Assembly (NCBI GenBank): GCA_977020255.1
Contig: CDROCS010004875.1
Location: 1 to 64,000, forward strand
Source of the DNA: Obrimoposthia wandeli
Taxonomy: Eukaryota
Direction of reading: 5' to 3'
DNA: 64,000 bases
Below are positions 49,801 through 62,583 of the stretch, one piece after another; position 1 is the first letter of the stretch, and every line of letters starts with the position of its first letter. The position numbers and the translations under genes are program-made. Under the pieces are notes generated by a model. That model had not been told where the DNA came from, did not search any database, and saw only the letters and a list, made by a program, of their open reading frames with translations.

Positions 49801-52800
49801 GCCTTGAACTGTCATTACTGGTACAGCAAAATCAACCCTGTTGAAGAACCTCCGAAAGAATTAAATATACTAAAATATTTTTAGAAATAAATTCAATAGT
49901 GGGTAGTGAGATGACGATGATGAGCGGGTAATGGATCTGGTAATGGAGGTCATCTTTTTATAAAAGTATTTTAATATATTTTAGAGTATTTTTTAATGTG
50001 TATTTTTAATGTGTTTTACCAGGTTAATAATAATTTAACCATGGTTATAATTATGATTTTAAAATGTTATGGATTTATGTAGCTATGTTACAACTCATTG
50101 AATAAAGAAGTTTTATTTATGATTTTTGACTTCACTCTCCGAAACAAACCCAACTCTTTCTTTGAGAGGTTTGAGAGGTTCTCTAAATCGAAACCGTGGC
50201 AATGATGCCATTATTTGTGTCATTCCTACTGCTTTACTAATTTTTTCGCACTAATTTTTACATCACGCAATTACATGTTATATGCCTCAACTTCAGAATC
50301 TAAAATCTAGATTGTACTTCGCTTAGAATATGTTGCATACCATTGTAATGTGTTAACTTCTAATAGATTTCTTTTGTGATTAACCTTATCAAACTGCTCT
50401 TCGCGCTCACAATAATCGGGAATCGTACGTCATAACTCAAAAACTCAACATGTATTATTATTGTATTACTTCTTAAAACGCCATCATCGTCTAATATAAG
50501 ATTCAACCTTACTTACCTTTACTTATAAATTTTATTTCATAGCTAAATAAAACTCCTTCTGGGTGTTTATTATTAATTCAATCTCGACCTCATGTAACTG
50601 CCCCTGTTCGGTGCTCTTGGTTTAGTCTACAATTGAGTACAAATTTTGTAATCCAAGCTCTTGCAAGTCGTAGGCCCATCAGACATGAAATGTGTCTCTG
50701 GCTTGAAACAACTTGTGTTTCCCACATACCCTCTAAAATTGTGTTTTACTGGATTCATCAAAAAATATTTTCTTTCTAATGGTCCTTTGATCTATGTTCC
50801 AGGTCCTTTGGCCACTGATCAGCACACTGTATTACGAACTTTGGACTTTTTCACTACATTTTCCATTTTGCCAAAACATATCCAGACTCACTTCAAGACA
50901 GAATATCAGCCGGGTTCTCCTTCATTGGGACATATCTACAGTTTCAAATATTTGTTTCACTCTGAATTGTTCCCATTCTTTTAGCGAAAAACGGTTTGAA
51001 CAATTACCCTACTGTCGTATTCACCAGAGAACATCTATACTATCAGACCAAAAATAAAACGTCCTCACATGTATTTCCAAAGCCTCAGCAATTCTTTTAG
51101 CCAATTTTATTCCTACACTAGCCGGCATTTTTGTTATCTTTGTAACCTTTGGTAACTCAACATTAAATTTAAAAACGACTTACTTACACTACCAACTCAT
51201 ACCCTACGTTTTTGCCAACAGGTTCTCGTGATCTTCAATCGTTATCTCTTGTGTCCTCTCCACTTCAGATATATGCGCCAACACGAATCTGTTATATGTT
51301 TCCCACATTCAACCCACTATTCCTGCAGTTTCCCACAATTCTTTTAATTCTATCATCAGTCATAATGTTTTTTCTTCTGTACGAATGGAGTCTAGGTTAT
51401 CATCCATGTAGGTGAAGTTTAGCACTGTATCCGCAGCCCTCTGAAAATCTTCCTGATTAATCTCTGTATTTCTGCGTGAAACCATGTGAACCAAAAACAG
51501 TGACGCGTTAATTCCACAAACTAAGTAAGAAAAATTATATTTCTTCAATAAAATGTATTATATATATCCGGAGGTTTTATAAAATTCGCCATTATAGACG
51601 TCGTGGTCACCATATTAGTTGATAGAAGACGAGTTGTAACAATGTCTGCCATTTATATTCAAAATCTAAATTGTGTCAAATTTTGCGTTATTTAAAACAC
51701 TGAGGAATCTAAATATATTTAGTAAATTGAGCAATATCATTTATACCACATATTACATGACATAAAAACATTCAATTCTTAAATTAGATAACATCTCACA
51801 ATACCTATTATGAATTCGTAATACACCAAACTCATACGCTTCGGAACTGTAACATAAATGATCACATAACTTCAATTTGTCCCCGCTTAAGTATTGACTC
51901 AAGTATAACAGCTTTTCCACATTATCACCTCTAATATTTCCAATGGCCGTATCAAATATGGAATGAATTCTGTCATATTCTATAGTCTTATCACCTCAAA
52001 TCGAAATCGTTAACTTTTTTAATTTTCTCAAATCTCCATCTGGCCTAACATCTTCCACAATTCCATTACAAGGCAGTTGGTGCATTAAACTAAGATCTGA
52101 TATATTTGAGCACATACTCATTGATCTCCCAACTCTCTATTTGATTACATTTACACATATTTCTTCCTACTCATAATATTTACTCTCAATCGCTGCTAAC
52201 TCAGCCTCAAACTGTTTCGTTATGTCATAATTTCCAAATCTGCTTGCTAAATCTATAAACCCTGTCCATTTCTCCACAAATTCGTACTCCTGTCTTAATT
52301 CATTAATATTCGGATTCTCTAAGCTAGCTAATACTCTAATTCATAATCTCGTCAAACCCCTTTTTTCTACATTTCTGTCGATTTCCCTTTTTTAAGAAAT
52401 AATTTTCATTCAAATAATGTTATTTATTATTCTTTGCCGTATCAGAGTATCATAAATTATTAAATTATCAGACTTTTAATTTGCATAAACTATAATTTAA
52501 AGTAGTTGCTAAAACGTTTAATGAATTACTATACAAAAACAGATGTATTATTCAAAATTATGGTTAACTTATGAATGAATGTGTCCAAGCAGCAGTGAGA
52601 TTTCTAGAAAGAAATATGAAGACAAAATTGTTCGAATTATTAGAGTTGATTTATAAATTAAATTTATGAAAAATTTTATGTGTAATAGAGTAATCTTATT
52701 ATTGAGAAAATTACGATAGATCGTTTTGTATACGTTCAATTTTATAAAACAATGTATTCTACTTTTATACAAATTCTGTGAAAAAATAATCTACAAATCT

Positions 52801-55800
52801 AGGATTATTATGATTCTACATTTTTCTAAGAAAATATGTGCAAACTAAATTCAATATAAATCTAATTTAGAACGTTTGCTTAACCCATAAATGACGACTG
52901 GGTCAAATGTGACCCATTTAAATATATACAAAAGAAATTTCTTTCACTATTTATTTAAAAGATATAATTCAAAACATAAAATATATTTAATTTTCATAGT
53001 AATTTTATGTCGATTAGATTTAATTTTTAAAATAGCAATTAGGGTGATATGTGCGAGCTAGTCACCCCTCCCTCCCACGGTCAACAAGAAGAAGAAGACC
53101 ATCATTCATTTCGTGGACAATTTGTCAATTCGACCAGCCCAGCTCCATCATGAGCAGTCAAAATTTATTCAACAACTGCTCTTGTTTCAGAAATCGTGCC
53201 ACCTGAACCTTCTTCTGTTTTTGAGCCTGCAGCTGAGTATCTATTATCAAAATAACTATCCAATGTTTTCCTGATAGATTTGAAGTATGAGTAGCATCCA
53301 GTTTAAAAATCACATCAATGGGGTAAACTCCATAGAATTTATCTTCGAATACATTCTCTGGCGATTTTTCTACTTGCATTAAACTAAATTAAAATTTATA
53401 AAGATTTAAAGAGTTTAAAGAGTTTTTCCAAGAGTTGTATATTAGCACAGTCCTGCTTTTTTAACAATATTTTTAAAAATATAAGTCAATATTTGTGTTA
53501 TATAAGATAAAATTGCTATGAAAATTAAAGATATTTTAATGTTTAAAATCATCCTATTTTAGAATTACATATTTGATAAGAATAGAATCTTCTAATTGTT
53601 TTAGAAAATTAAGCTAGTAAACATTACATATTTATATCAAATGTAACGTAGTTCTTCATGGGAAATTTAAATAAAAAATATATTTTAATTTGACAATGTA
53701 ATCCTTCGTCATTAATGGTTTAAAAAAAGTTAAAAAGTCAAATAGAATACACATTTAAGATTATTTTAAATAAAAAAAATAATATTTACACTATAAAATT
53801 TAAATAAATAACCATACCAAAATTAATATTTACTTTATTAAATTAAAACTTAAGCATAGTGTTTTTTACTAAATCTTTAGGTATGAAACTCCAAAGTTGT
53901 AAAATGTCTGTGGAAACTGCTTTATTTCTACATGCTTATTGTCTATAAGAGTTTCTAATTGAAATCAAAGCGTTAAAGTTCGAATACTTAACTTGTAGTT
54001 ATTTAGATTATATTGGATGTGTAACTCTGGCGTAAACGAATATTTTTATTCTGGAAATTTGGCCAATATAGAAAGTCTTACCTTATTTATCCAAGAGTAT
54101 ATATGTGTGAACGGTTAAAAATATTAAAGTCATTTAGGATAATTAACATAAATTAAAAGTTTTAAGAAAATGTTTTGTGGGATTAAAAGGGTTAATATTT
54201 CCCATTTTCTCATTACTTTTTATGATATTTCCCAAATGACAATTGCGTGTGTTTGACTCCTAAAATTCAGCAATGTTCTGTCAGTTACTTTGATCGAAGG
54301 CATTTTATAACCTAATAGCCTTTGTAATTTGAACACTTGTTCAATTTTGGGACATTTTCCATTTGCACCACTGTTCAAATTAGATAGGTTTAATAGGTAT
54401 ATCAATGAGAAAAAAGTGGTAAAATACATAAAGGACACAATTTCAATTATCCCCAATTAATAATTTTGCAAAGAATAACTGAACAGTTCCCAACACATTC
54501 ATGGGTATACCACAAAACTTGGTATACAACATTTAGGTTTATCTGGAGAACAGCAACGTTTCGTTTTGGCTACAAAATAAGAGCACAGAAATGTTCCAAC
54601 CAACAAAAAGTACATACTAAATGCACGATTCCTTAGACCAGCGGTCTCAAACTCAAATCGTATGCAAGTCCAGTGCATCATCTGAAAGCCATTTGATTAT
54701 TAATGAAACCTTTATTAATTTATTTTAAAATACTTTAAATTGCTCATCGATTTAAACAACTGCTATTATTATAATGAAATATTTAGCCGTACACAGTTTT
54801 AAAGTTACGCACAACTTCGATAATAAATAAAAATTCACTAATTTACATTTTAATTATTTTACTAATGTAAATATAGACATCATTAATGAAGGTTTTTCTT
54901 CCAAACTCGTTCTCGTTCTTGCTGGAACAGATTGTACTACGCAAGACATCGTTGAATTTGGGATCAAGATAACTTCCTACTTTAAACATCTCAAAGTTCA
55001 TTTAAATTAGTTATTGTACTTTTATAAATTGTTTACTTTCGATGACCTCATGACCAAATATCCCTTGGAGTTAAATACGGTGTGTGGGTTGATCGATCAC
55101 AGGCTAATCCAAGTCCAAACGCGCAAATAAATGTTTCGGGAAAACATGTGTGTAATCTTCTTCAAAGTATGTAGAGTAGCTCAATCGCATCAGAGTCATA
55201 ATGAAGGATTTGGTCACTCGATACACAGCCAGTTAGAGATCTGAATTCACGATGTCAATGAAAGTAACCCTTGTCACTCGCAAGAATGTTAGACAAACTT
55301 GGTTGATCATAAATTTTTAAAAAACGTTATAACGTTTATATAAACTTACATTTAATGATTACAAAATATCATTAACATAGTTATACACCTACAGATCAAA
55401 GTTGTGCTCGATTAAAAAAATTCTACTGTACTCCTTCATGCTGTAATCCATAACATTTTTCATCTGCAATTTTGGCACAAGGAGTTAAATAACGAGTGAG
55501 TAAAAAGAACTGCACAAACATTAAAGTACATGCTTAATGTTAGTTTTCGATCATTTAGGATCATATCAAAGTTTGTGGTTTTTAGGGAGGCCAGCCCTAG
55601 GCGATGGCCCAAGTTTCGGGACATGAGTGAATGGTCAATGATGGCCCTGTAGATGAAAAAGATAACTGTGCTATGACTAGCACGGTGTTATCCCCCCAAT
55701 ATCGAACGTTGCTGAATAGATTTTGAAATAGAAGTTATTGTTTAGATCTTCATTTGGAAAAGAACATTTGAGTGGACCATTAACGTAACAATTTTGGATG

Positions 55801-58800
55801 TTTTTTTGCGATTAGATCTGCAAATCGGCTGTACAAATTCAACGCTTGTTTTATTAATATAAGTTTTCATTCGATAAATTAACGACTCTGACATTTACCT
55901 GCCCAGTCGCCTTTGTAAACATTCTGCTTTAAAACTCATAAAAATCTTCTGCTTTTTCTGTTTTCTTCCATAAGAAATTTGGTATCACATTAGCATAATG
56001 TGAGGAAGCTTTATCTGATCAAAGAATGCTCATTATTGTAATGTTTATTGTGAATAAAAGGTAAAGACAGTCTTTCAAACATCTCTTGACATACACTTCT
56101 AATAGATTATTTTATTTGAATGTACCAATTTTTAATTTGTAATATATCACTGTCGAAATTAGCCTTTTTTCATAATTTTATAAGCCTTCTTTTCGTTTTG
56201 TTGTACCTCTGATTTCATAATTTCACAAAATATTATAAAGAGTTCTTCTGTTTACACGTTCAAGAAACTATTGAATTTCATTATCGTAATTTTCAAAAAA
56301 TTGCACCACGCAATTTCGGAATGATCCTTCAATATTTTTTGAATTATAACCGCTAAGTCCAAGACTAAACAAATAAAGATAGTTTCCATGTCTTATAAGT
56401 TGTTAAAGTTTGAGAAGATTTTTTGTACCCACTCTTTATTATTTGCCCGATTTCAGTTTTAAGACTGCATTAGAATGATCAGATGCAAACAGTAATTTCG
56501 CTACCAATCTGTATTCTCTAATTCTAAGTTACTATGAAATCACATAATCTATATTCTCAGTTAGATGCTCATGTCAAAGCGTTCGTATAAAAAAAGTATT
56601 GATTGTGCTTTAAACTCCGGTTGGGAAATGTGTTATTTCAGTGAATAGGTGAGGCAAAAGATGAATAGGTGTGCGGGAATGAGGAAATGGGAATTCAGCA
56701 TCTTTGTCAAGCTGAATAGAAAATGCCAATGAATGGGGATTAAACTGGTCTACGACATGCAAACACAGAATGTATACGCATACACACATGTATATAGTAC
56801 TCACGGGAGAAGTTCTTTGTAGCTAACATTGTTGTAAGGATGGCCCCCTGCAAAATGGTAATAGTAAATGCAATTGTGGGACATCAAATATTTATATGAC
56901 AATGATCACTGCACATTGGTCAAAAATTCTCAAATAACAAAGAGATGCAATATTTGAAATTTATGCTCCGAATCTTTACAATAACTTACCGATGAACATA
57001 AGTAAAATTGTCGAAAAATTTCAGAAGCACCTGAAAACCTTTCTATTCAGAAAGTTCTACGAAGAATAATGGAAACCAGAAAGCGCTTTTGAGGTATAAA
57101 TCATGGATTTATTAGAAATTAGTACTATATTACTTCATTATTAAAAAAATCAAAAACATAATTTTGAAAGAAAGAAATAAACTAATGTTTTCATAAAGAA
57201 ACCATGTTTATTCAAACTTAAACATCCTTCTAATTTTGATTGTATTTTGTTTACCTATAAATAAATTCTTTAACATAGGTATTAGAAGACAATTTTAAAT
57301 GTCGCTAGAATAAAAAATAAACTGTTAAAAGGAATTATTTTCTACGAAATTTTAAAATGACAAATTAAGCAGAAATATCATTCAAAGTTTAGTTGAGATC
57401 AGTATGTTTGTATGCAACAGATCAAGACGAGTATTTCTTATTTTCTGCACACCACTTCATAAGTTCTTTCTTGTACTTAAAAATGGAGTTTACATAATTA
57501 CAAAAAATAAAATTCGACATACTTGAATTCGATTAAATTGAAGAGATTATGAATTGTTTTTTTAGTTATTAAAACTAATAATTGTGTGAACTCAGTTCAA
57601 ACATTTTGAGTAATTAAGTTTGTTATTAATCTAAATAGATAACTTGAGTATAAAATCATAGTAAATTCTAAAACTATATTCTATATCGATTATTTAGTAG
57701 AATATTGGGTATTAAATTTGTGAATCACAGTAAAATTGTAACTACTAATTTATATAATCTTTGCTTTTGATTAAAATCAGCAGTATTTGGAATAATTAAA
57801 TAATATTGATTTATCATTTCTAATTATAAGTAGTTGATTTAAATTGATTTATTTTCAAAATGTGTCATTATGTATAAATACAAGTTAAACGTAATAAAAG
57901 CTATAAATATAAAACAAATAAAGTAATAACAAACTCGTCTAGCCTGTTTCTGATATTAGTTAAGACTTATTGCTTTACTTCAGCTGGATATATATTAAAG
58001 ACTGAGTAGTGATAAGTAGCACTGATTATATTGTGCAACCTAAAGTCTTTTAGCTATATTTACAGATCAGTATCTCATCTATTTCCGCATCTAGTTAAAA
58101 AATTTCTTTCATCCTAGTAGCTTCTTTAGGTCTGACGTGATTTATAAAAACGGAAACAAACACGATAATTCATGAATTCAAGCTGCCACGAGAAAAACTT
58201 TTTAAGACTATCTGTAAGTATGTATGGTCATTTCAATTTTCTATGCAATGTCATTTAAACTACCTAAGATCTAGAAATTTGCTTATTTATTCGAGTGAGC
58301 ACAAAATAAATTTCTGCGTATTTGAAACGATTTCATCCCACAAATAAAAAGTTATGATATGTGGAAAAAATAAGTGTGACTGTCTGTAAATTTATATATA
58401 TATATATCAATAACCTTTACTTTTTTATTGATATTACATCAAAAATATGAAATATTTAGTAACTATATGAAGTATTCAAACACTTTGATACATTATTGGG
58501 TAATTCAATTCACTTTTAAGCAAAAAATTTTTATAAAAATATGTTTTGGATATGTTAAATAGCTCAGTTACTACAGGCTTTACATTCAAAGCTTCTTCTC
58601 CTGCTCTTTTGGTTCAGTTTTAAATAATGAAGATTGAATCAAGTAGTTACTTTGTTTAGGAAGGTGAGAGCTTTTCTATTTCGTAACCTCAGCTTCTGCT
58701 TGCAGATAATCATTAGGGGAAAACTCTAAACGACTCTTTCTATAATGTTTAAATGCTAAAAAATCAACGCTTCCACGAATTTCAAAATAACAATGTCGAA

Positions 58801-61800
58801 AGCAACTCTCAATAATGTTAGAAATAATGTTTTTCCCCTAACAAATACAATGTGTAGAGTACAACATGCATACATTGCTTTGTTGAAATAATATTAATAG
58901 TTGTCAAATTTACTATACCATAAGTTTATTATTTTACAGTATTGACAAAATTATTATTAGAGGATACACTGAGAAAAGAGTTTTGAAGATACGCAAGAAA
59001 GGGCAGATGGAAAAGTGAAATTCTGAATGAAATGATATATTTATGCATGATAGTTTTCTTAGCCATAGAGCTGGGATCATATAAATCGAGAAGACAATTG
59101 TGTAAGAGTGCTTGACTACATAGGAAATGTCCAGGTCTTAATTATTTAAAAAATCTTTTTTGAATAGAGTAAAATATTAGCTAACTTAATGAATTAAATA
59201 AGAGTAAGCAGTAAAAGGGAACACAAAAAAAATATTAAGAATATTTATTGTGGTAACTTAATGTAATATAATTGTATTTAATATAATTCTTTCACAATAT
59301 CACAATGAATTAACTGCATTTAATGAACTAAAAATCGAAATTTTAAATTTATCTCAACTATTTTTTTTCAATACTGTACGATGTAAATATGTACCAATTT
59401 TGTTTTCCATAATCTTACCTTCAATTTTCTGCGAGCATTAAACTTGCGCAGACACTCCACGGTCTGTTGTCTGTGAAACATCGAGGCCACTCTTTCTCGT
59501 TGCTGCATAAAATAATAATAATCATTAATAGCGCAGTTAAATATATTTTATAAGTGGTGTAAAATCCCTTGGCGTTGCCGTAAAATTGCCAAAGTTGCCC
59601 AACAGAAATGTCACAATCCTCTTTTAAAAGAATTCGATAAGTCAATAAACTCATAGAAATTCAAATACTTCCAAGTGAAAAAAAGAAAACTCGTTGAGGA
59701 AGGATGAGTGTTTGAAGAGAAATAGAAGTCGTTATATTTCTGTACAACTGTGAAGTCAACAATCCACTGCAATCACACCATCACATCTCAAAAGGAGTAC
59801 AGTGTGAAAAGACATTACGAAACAAATCATGCGTCATACGCAACATTTGAAGGACACATGCAGATATCAAAGGAATTGAGAGACAACCTCAGTCAACACA
59901 GATTTCCTTTGTGAAATTATAGGAAGAATAGGTGGCCTCAGTTACTACCAGCCACGAATTAAGTCAAATGATCGTAGAGTGAGAAATTTTACAAATATGG
60001 TGAGTTTACTAAAGAGTATTGAAAATACAGATGACAAATATTTTATCCAAATTTGAGTATTTTTCAATAGTTATTTATCATGTTTATCAGGTAGAAACAA
60101 AATAATGACTAACTTATAATTGATATCAAATGCTTTGAGGCCAAAATAACTTCTGGGAAATTTCAAATGAAAACGTAGTTCATTTTGCTCATTGTAGACT
60201 TAAAACTAACGATGAACAATCAGACTTGAGCTTTACAAAATATGAAAACATGCTGAAAACGCTTGCAAAAGAATTTTAAAAAAGGTTCAGGGATTTCGCA
60301 ATGTATGAAGAAGCTTTTACCTTATTCACGGCACTATTTTCTTATACTGCAACAGCAAGACATATACAGATGTCACTTATAGAGATCATGTAGATTCAAC
60401 ACTCAAACAAAATTCAATGAAGTGGGATCTCCCAAGATATTTGTCTACCTTCCGCAGAAATAAGAAAATATTCGTAGATTTGCTGCTAAAATACAAGCAA
60501 TGTTTGTTCCAACCTATCTGTCAACCTTTAAAGAAAGCAACAAAAACAGCTGAGTTCCAGGCTTACTGAAATACAATCGATGATAAAATTGGGAACAAAC
60601 CGAATTCTTGAAACTGAAAATGAGAAAATTATGTCCAAAAAGCGTTGTCAAGTATCGGGGTAACATAATAAAGAATGAGCAAATAAATCAACATGGTATT
60701 ATAGTAGTATGACTGAATTTCTGTAGGACGAGTTTGTACATATACCCAATGAAAATATGGTCTTATATTCACTGAATAAATACGACAACTGCATTGGTAA
60801 CACATAATGTCGTCAAATCAAAACGACAGGTCTTTATGACAATATGTGTAATGACAATGTGACCCGTAAGAACTGGTGTAGATTTTAGAGTGTAATTTTC
60901 TTTGATTTGTCCGTGCATGTTCAGACTAGTTACTGCGGCCTTAAGTACCATTTGAGTTTGACATCCCGGGCATAACGGGTGTCAATTAATAATTTGCACA
61001 ACTTTGGATTAGCTCTAAATCATCTGCATCCAGCTAAATTTTGGTTGCATGATTAAAAGTCTCATTATTTATGTCAGATTTTACAATTACCTCTGTACAA
61101 TGGCTGATAAAGAAATATCCCTTTGAAACAAGGTTTACAGTATTATATGGCAGGGAAAATGAAGGTAAACTAACCACAGTCCTTGATTTAGGGAGCGAAG
61201 GGTAACAAGGACATTTTTCCAAACTTTAAAGATATTTAATGAAAGAAACACAATTAAAAGGAAAAAATGCAGTGGATGAAAGGCAGTCAAAATTAAATCA
61301 ATGAACCTCAAACGGTTAAGAAAACATTCATGTATGAAAATCAGCTTAGTTTAAGAAATGTGTACAAGAAACGTAAGTACTCCCTTCAACATGTCAGTCG
61401 AACAATAACGACTAAAACAATGTTAGTGTTCAAAAAATAAAGACCCCTTTGTACAATGGCATCAATAAAGTCAAGCCATAAGCTTTACAACATCTCTCGA
61501 GTTAAGGACTTAAATATTTCTTCTTCTCCGGTTATCATATGCCCCGCAACATTGTATAATATACGGATGCTCCAAAGACTAATTTCGAACTAAGAAATGT
61601 TTGAGCCTAAATTTTTACTCTGATTGGCAAAACCGCACAATGGTGTTTCTAAACCTTCTATTGTTCGGAGTGGTTTAGCGATAAAGAAAAATGACAACAA
61701 CAAAAACATCTCCTGCCCTTTTTTCAGTTCGGATCCTATACTTTTTGGCCCGATAAGGCAAATTTGCATTACGCAAACTCAACTTTGCAATTTCTTTCAG

Positions 61801-62550
61801 ATGAAGAGATCGATAATGTACCTAATCCAACCGACCTTCCGCAATGCCATCCAATAGAAAACGTATTCGAACAACTTGCTCAGGAAGTGTACAAAAATAA
61901 GTGGGTAGGAGCAGATCTAAACCCATTGAAACGCAGCATAGCAAACTACCTAAAGAAGACAGATTTCCCAGCTGTACAAGAGTCTGGCAGAGGAAAACCG
62001 AAAATATTATGTGAATGTTCACATTAGTTCTATTGGGTTTTAAGATTGTAAATATTACGAAATTGTGTTTAAAATACATTGTTCAAAATGTTGGAGTTAT
62101 TTTCTAAAAGTTCAAAGTTTGTGTAAATTTTTAATTGACACCAGTTATTATCTTCAAGTCGTATAATATAGTCTTGAATGACTCTTTTACGAAATTTCGT
62201 ATACGAAATAGGTTTTCAAGGTTGAAAATACTTCTACCTTCAGATTTCTTATTGTTGTTAACTTCATTATATAAATTTATTTTCCTTTAAGCTCTTATCT
62301 TCTTGACTAAATATTGATGTTGAAACTAAATTTTTCAACTTTTGATGGCTTTAGAGACTTTTATATATATAGAAAAACGTTGTCTAGCATTGGATCTCTG
62401 AAATCAAAAGAATGGTGATATACTTACGCAAATCCATGGATTCTTGAGAGCTTCTGAGGCAGAAATGCGCTTGGAAATGTTGACCTGGAGCATGGAGTTG
62501 ATCAGCTTCTTTGCCTCCACAGTAACAGTGTCCCATTCAGGAGAGGGGTA
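19765..62550 (-). CDS. CaMKII: Calcium/calmodulin-dependent protein kinase II, 3' eight coding exons: 62550-62428, 59502-59419, 56847-56805, 45978-45640, 34897-34822, 21735-21641, 21438-21321, 19873-19765
   Basis: All introns are GT-AG and phases join (0,0,1,1,2,1,2). Translation: [21 protein letters not shown]...[52 protein letters not shown]..linker..[114 protein letters not shown]. Confidence 0.95.
20850..21200 (-). mobile_element. LINE (L2/CR1-like) 3' relic
   Basis: Similar to 56880-57070 (ccaaatatttatatgat...gaatttttacaacaacttaccgatg). Confidence 0.5.
21321..21438 (-). CDS. CaMKII: CaMKII hub exon
   Basis: gacag | ..[32 protein letters not shown] | gttagt. Confidence 0.93.
21641..21735 (-). 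CDS. CaMKII: CaMKII hub exon
   Basis: tgcag | [31 protein letters not shown] | gtgagt. Confidence 0.93.
22280..22900 (+). mobile_element. Degraded Tc1/mariner transposase relic
   Basis: [12 protein letters not shown] resembles FQQDGAPPH; [19 protein letters not shown] resembles WPPRSPDLTPLDFFLWGYLK. Confidence 0.65.
24500..25400 (-). mobile_element. LINE relic (RT and 3' end)
   Basis: Shares a block with 20990-21070 (ttacatgttcactgca...ataaatatttggac); degenerate SGV..GS RT-like motif near 25070-25100. Confidence 0.4.
25787..30218 (-). mobile_element. hAT DNA transposon (Tip100/ZMYM1-like transposase)
   Basis: CAGGGCCGTCTTAA end at 25787 and a degenerate inverse (tattaaatgcggcccttg) ending near 30218; transposase inside. 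No exact 8-bp TSD, so the right boundary is uncertain. Confidence 0.7.
26339..28834 (-). pseudogene. hAT transposase split into five ORFs
   Basis: TTF-type Zn finger ([26 protein letters not shown]), [50 protein letters not shown] and the hATC motif [19 protein letters not shown]. Confidence 0.92.
31030..31570 (+). mobile_element. pogo/Tigger transposase relic
   Basis: [22 protein letters not shown] (CENP-B HTH-like) and [15 protein letters not shown] (resembles N.DETGLF...LP). Confidence 0.6.
32200..32720 (-). mobile_element. Chapaev3-like (CMC) transposase relic
   Basis: [61 protein letters not shown] resembles FPENLG.VSDEHGERFHQDI..ME.RYQG.W. Confidence 0.65.
34822..34897 (-). CDS. CaMKII: CaMKII first hub exon
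   Basis: gacag | [24 protein letters not shown] | gtgagt. Confidence 0.93.
36156..36435. repeat. 52-bp subterminal tandem repeat in the left arm (mirrored at ~43290-43625 with one extra copy)
   Basis: aagggtcaagtggcttagtctccacccttctttttgagatataccactatga recurs with period 52. Confidence 0.9.
37960..41340. repeat. Extremely AT-rich composite satellite (units ~90-135 bp) forming the core of element B
   Basis: Recurrent modules ttgtaagttattactttaatataattt, caacaaaaacttcaagta and aaattgacttgtaaacataat in repeating orders. Confidence 0.93.
41815..42760. repeat. ~177-bp tandem repeat (about 5 copies) in the right arm; fewer, partly degenerate copies in the left arm (~36990-37670)
   Basis: aatcaaactatcgacactcttatttt recurs at about 41818, 41995, 42173, 42350, 42525 and 42703. 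Confidence 0.92.
45640..45978 (-). CDS. CaMKII: CaMKII linker exon, 339 nt, Ala/Ser/Thr-rich, phase 1-1
   Basis: ttcag | (L)AKSITNSS...[14 protein letters not shown] | gtgag. The AKSI start parallels vertebrate NFS-AAKSL. Confidence 0.88.
49029..51548 (-). mobile_element. BEL/Pao LTR retrotransposon pol relic (RT, integrase, C-terminal DUF5641-like)
   Basis: [17 protein letters not shown] (RT); [36 protein letters not shown] (integrase); [27 protein letters not shown] (Pao C-terminus). Interrupted at ~49840-50450. Confidence 0.85.
52884..53719. mobile_element. piggyBac-like non-autonomous element (836 bp) with TTAA TSDs
   Basis: TTAA|CCCATAAATGACGA ... TCGTCATTAATGGT|TTAA (14-bp TIR, 2 mismatches); subterminal inverted motif GGGTCA-aatg-TGACCC. 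Confidence 0.7.
53250..53395 (-). pseudogene. Fragment of a Polinton cysteine protease gene inside the piggyBac-like element
   Basis: [37 protein letters not shown] aligns with the protease at 8688-8840, including the intron 3' end (tttaatttag). Confidence 0.8.
54638..55625. mobile_element. Probable hAT (Charlie/Buster-like) relic
   Basis: CAGCGGTCTCAAACTC start typical of Charlie-type TIRs; degenerate ggcccaagtttcgggacatg near 55610. Confidence 0.4.
56805..56847 (-). CDS. CaMKII: CaMKII exon with the CaM-binding end and inhibitory T305/T306 equivalents
   Basis: tgcag | [14 protein letters not shown] | gtgagt. Confidence 0.93.
56880..57070 (+). mobile_element. LINE (L2/CR1-like) ORF2 3' end
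   Basis: [39 protein letters not shown] fits AP.LWN.LP......FK..LKT.LF. Confidence 0.65.
59419..59502 (-). CDS. CaMKII: CaMKII regulatory-segment exon (T286-equivalent in HRQQT)
   Basis: tgcag | [28 protein letters not shown] | gtaaga. Confidence 0.96.
59670..60968 (+). mobile_element. hAT SPIN/Charlie-like (GTF2IRD2-type) transposase relic with right TIR
   Basis: [13 protein letters not shown] (resembles KEYNLRRHYET.H); [16 protein letters not shown] (resembles A.KI.AMFGSTYLC); TIR atttgagtttgacatcccgg. Confidence 0.7.
60975..62145 (+). mobile_element. Tc1/mariner element with both TIRs, TA TSD and degraded transposase
   Basis: TA|acgggtgtcaattaataatttgcacaacttt ... aaagtttgtgtaaatttttaattgacaccagt|TA. 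ORF 61764-62027 [30 protein letters not shown] resembles NPP..PQ.RPIE.FW..LK..VY. Confidence 0.8.
62428..62550 (-). CDS. CaMKII: CaMKII exon at the end of the kinase domain
   Basis: cgcag | [41 protein letters not shown] | gtaagt. Confidence 0.96.
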
Positions 62551-62583
62551 CTGCGTCAAAGACGGGGTCAGTGGGTCAATATG

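Noticed and set aside
49839-50450. Solo LTR (TGTTGA...TCAACA) nested in the BEL/Pao relic
   Set aside because: The flanks (AACCC and TGTAT) do not form a TSD; the insertion is real but its identity is unresolved.
54638-60968. One large hAT element enclosing two CaMKII exons
   Set aside because: The two ends differ in sequence, no TSD is seen, and each has its own nearby relic; two separate insertions are simpler.
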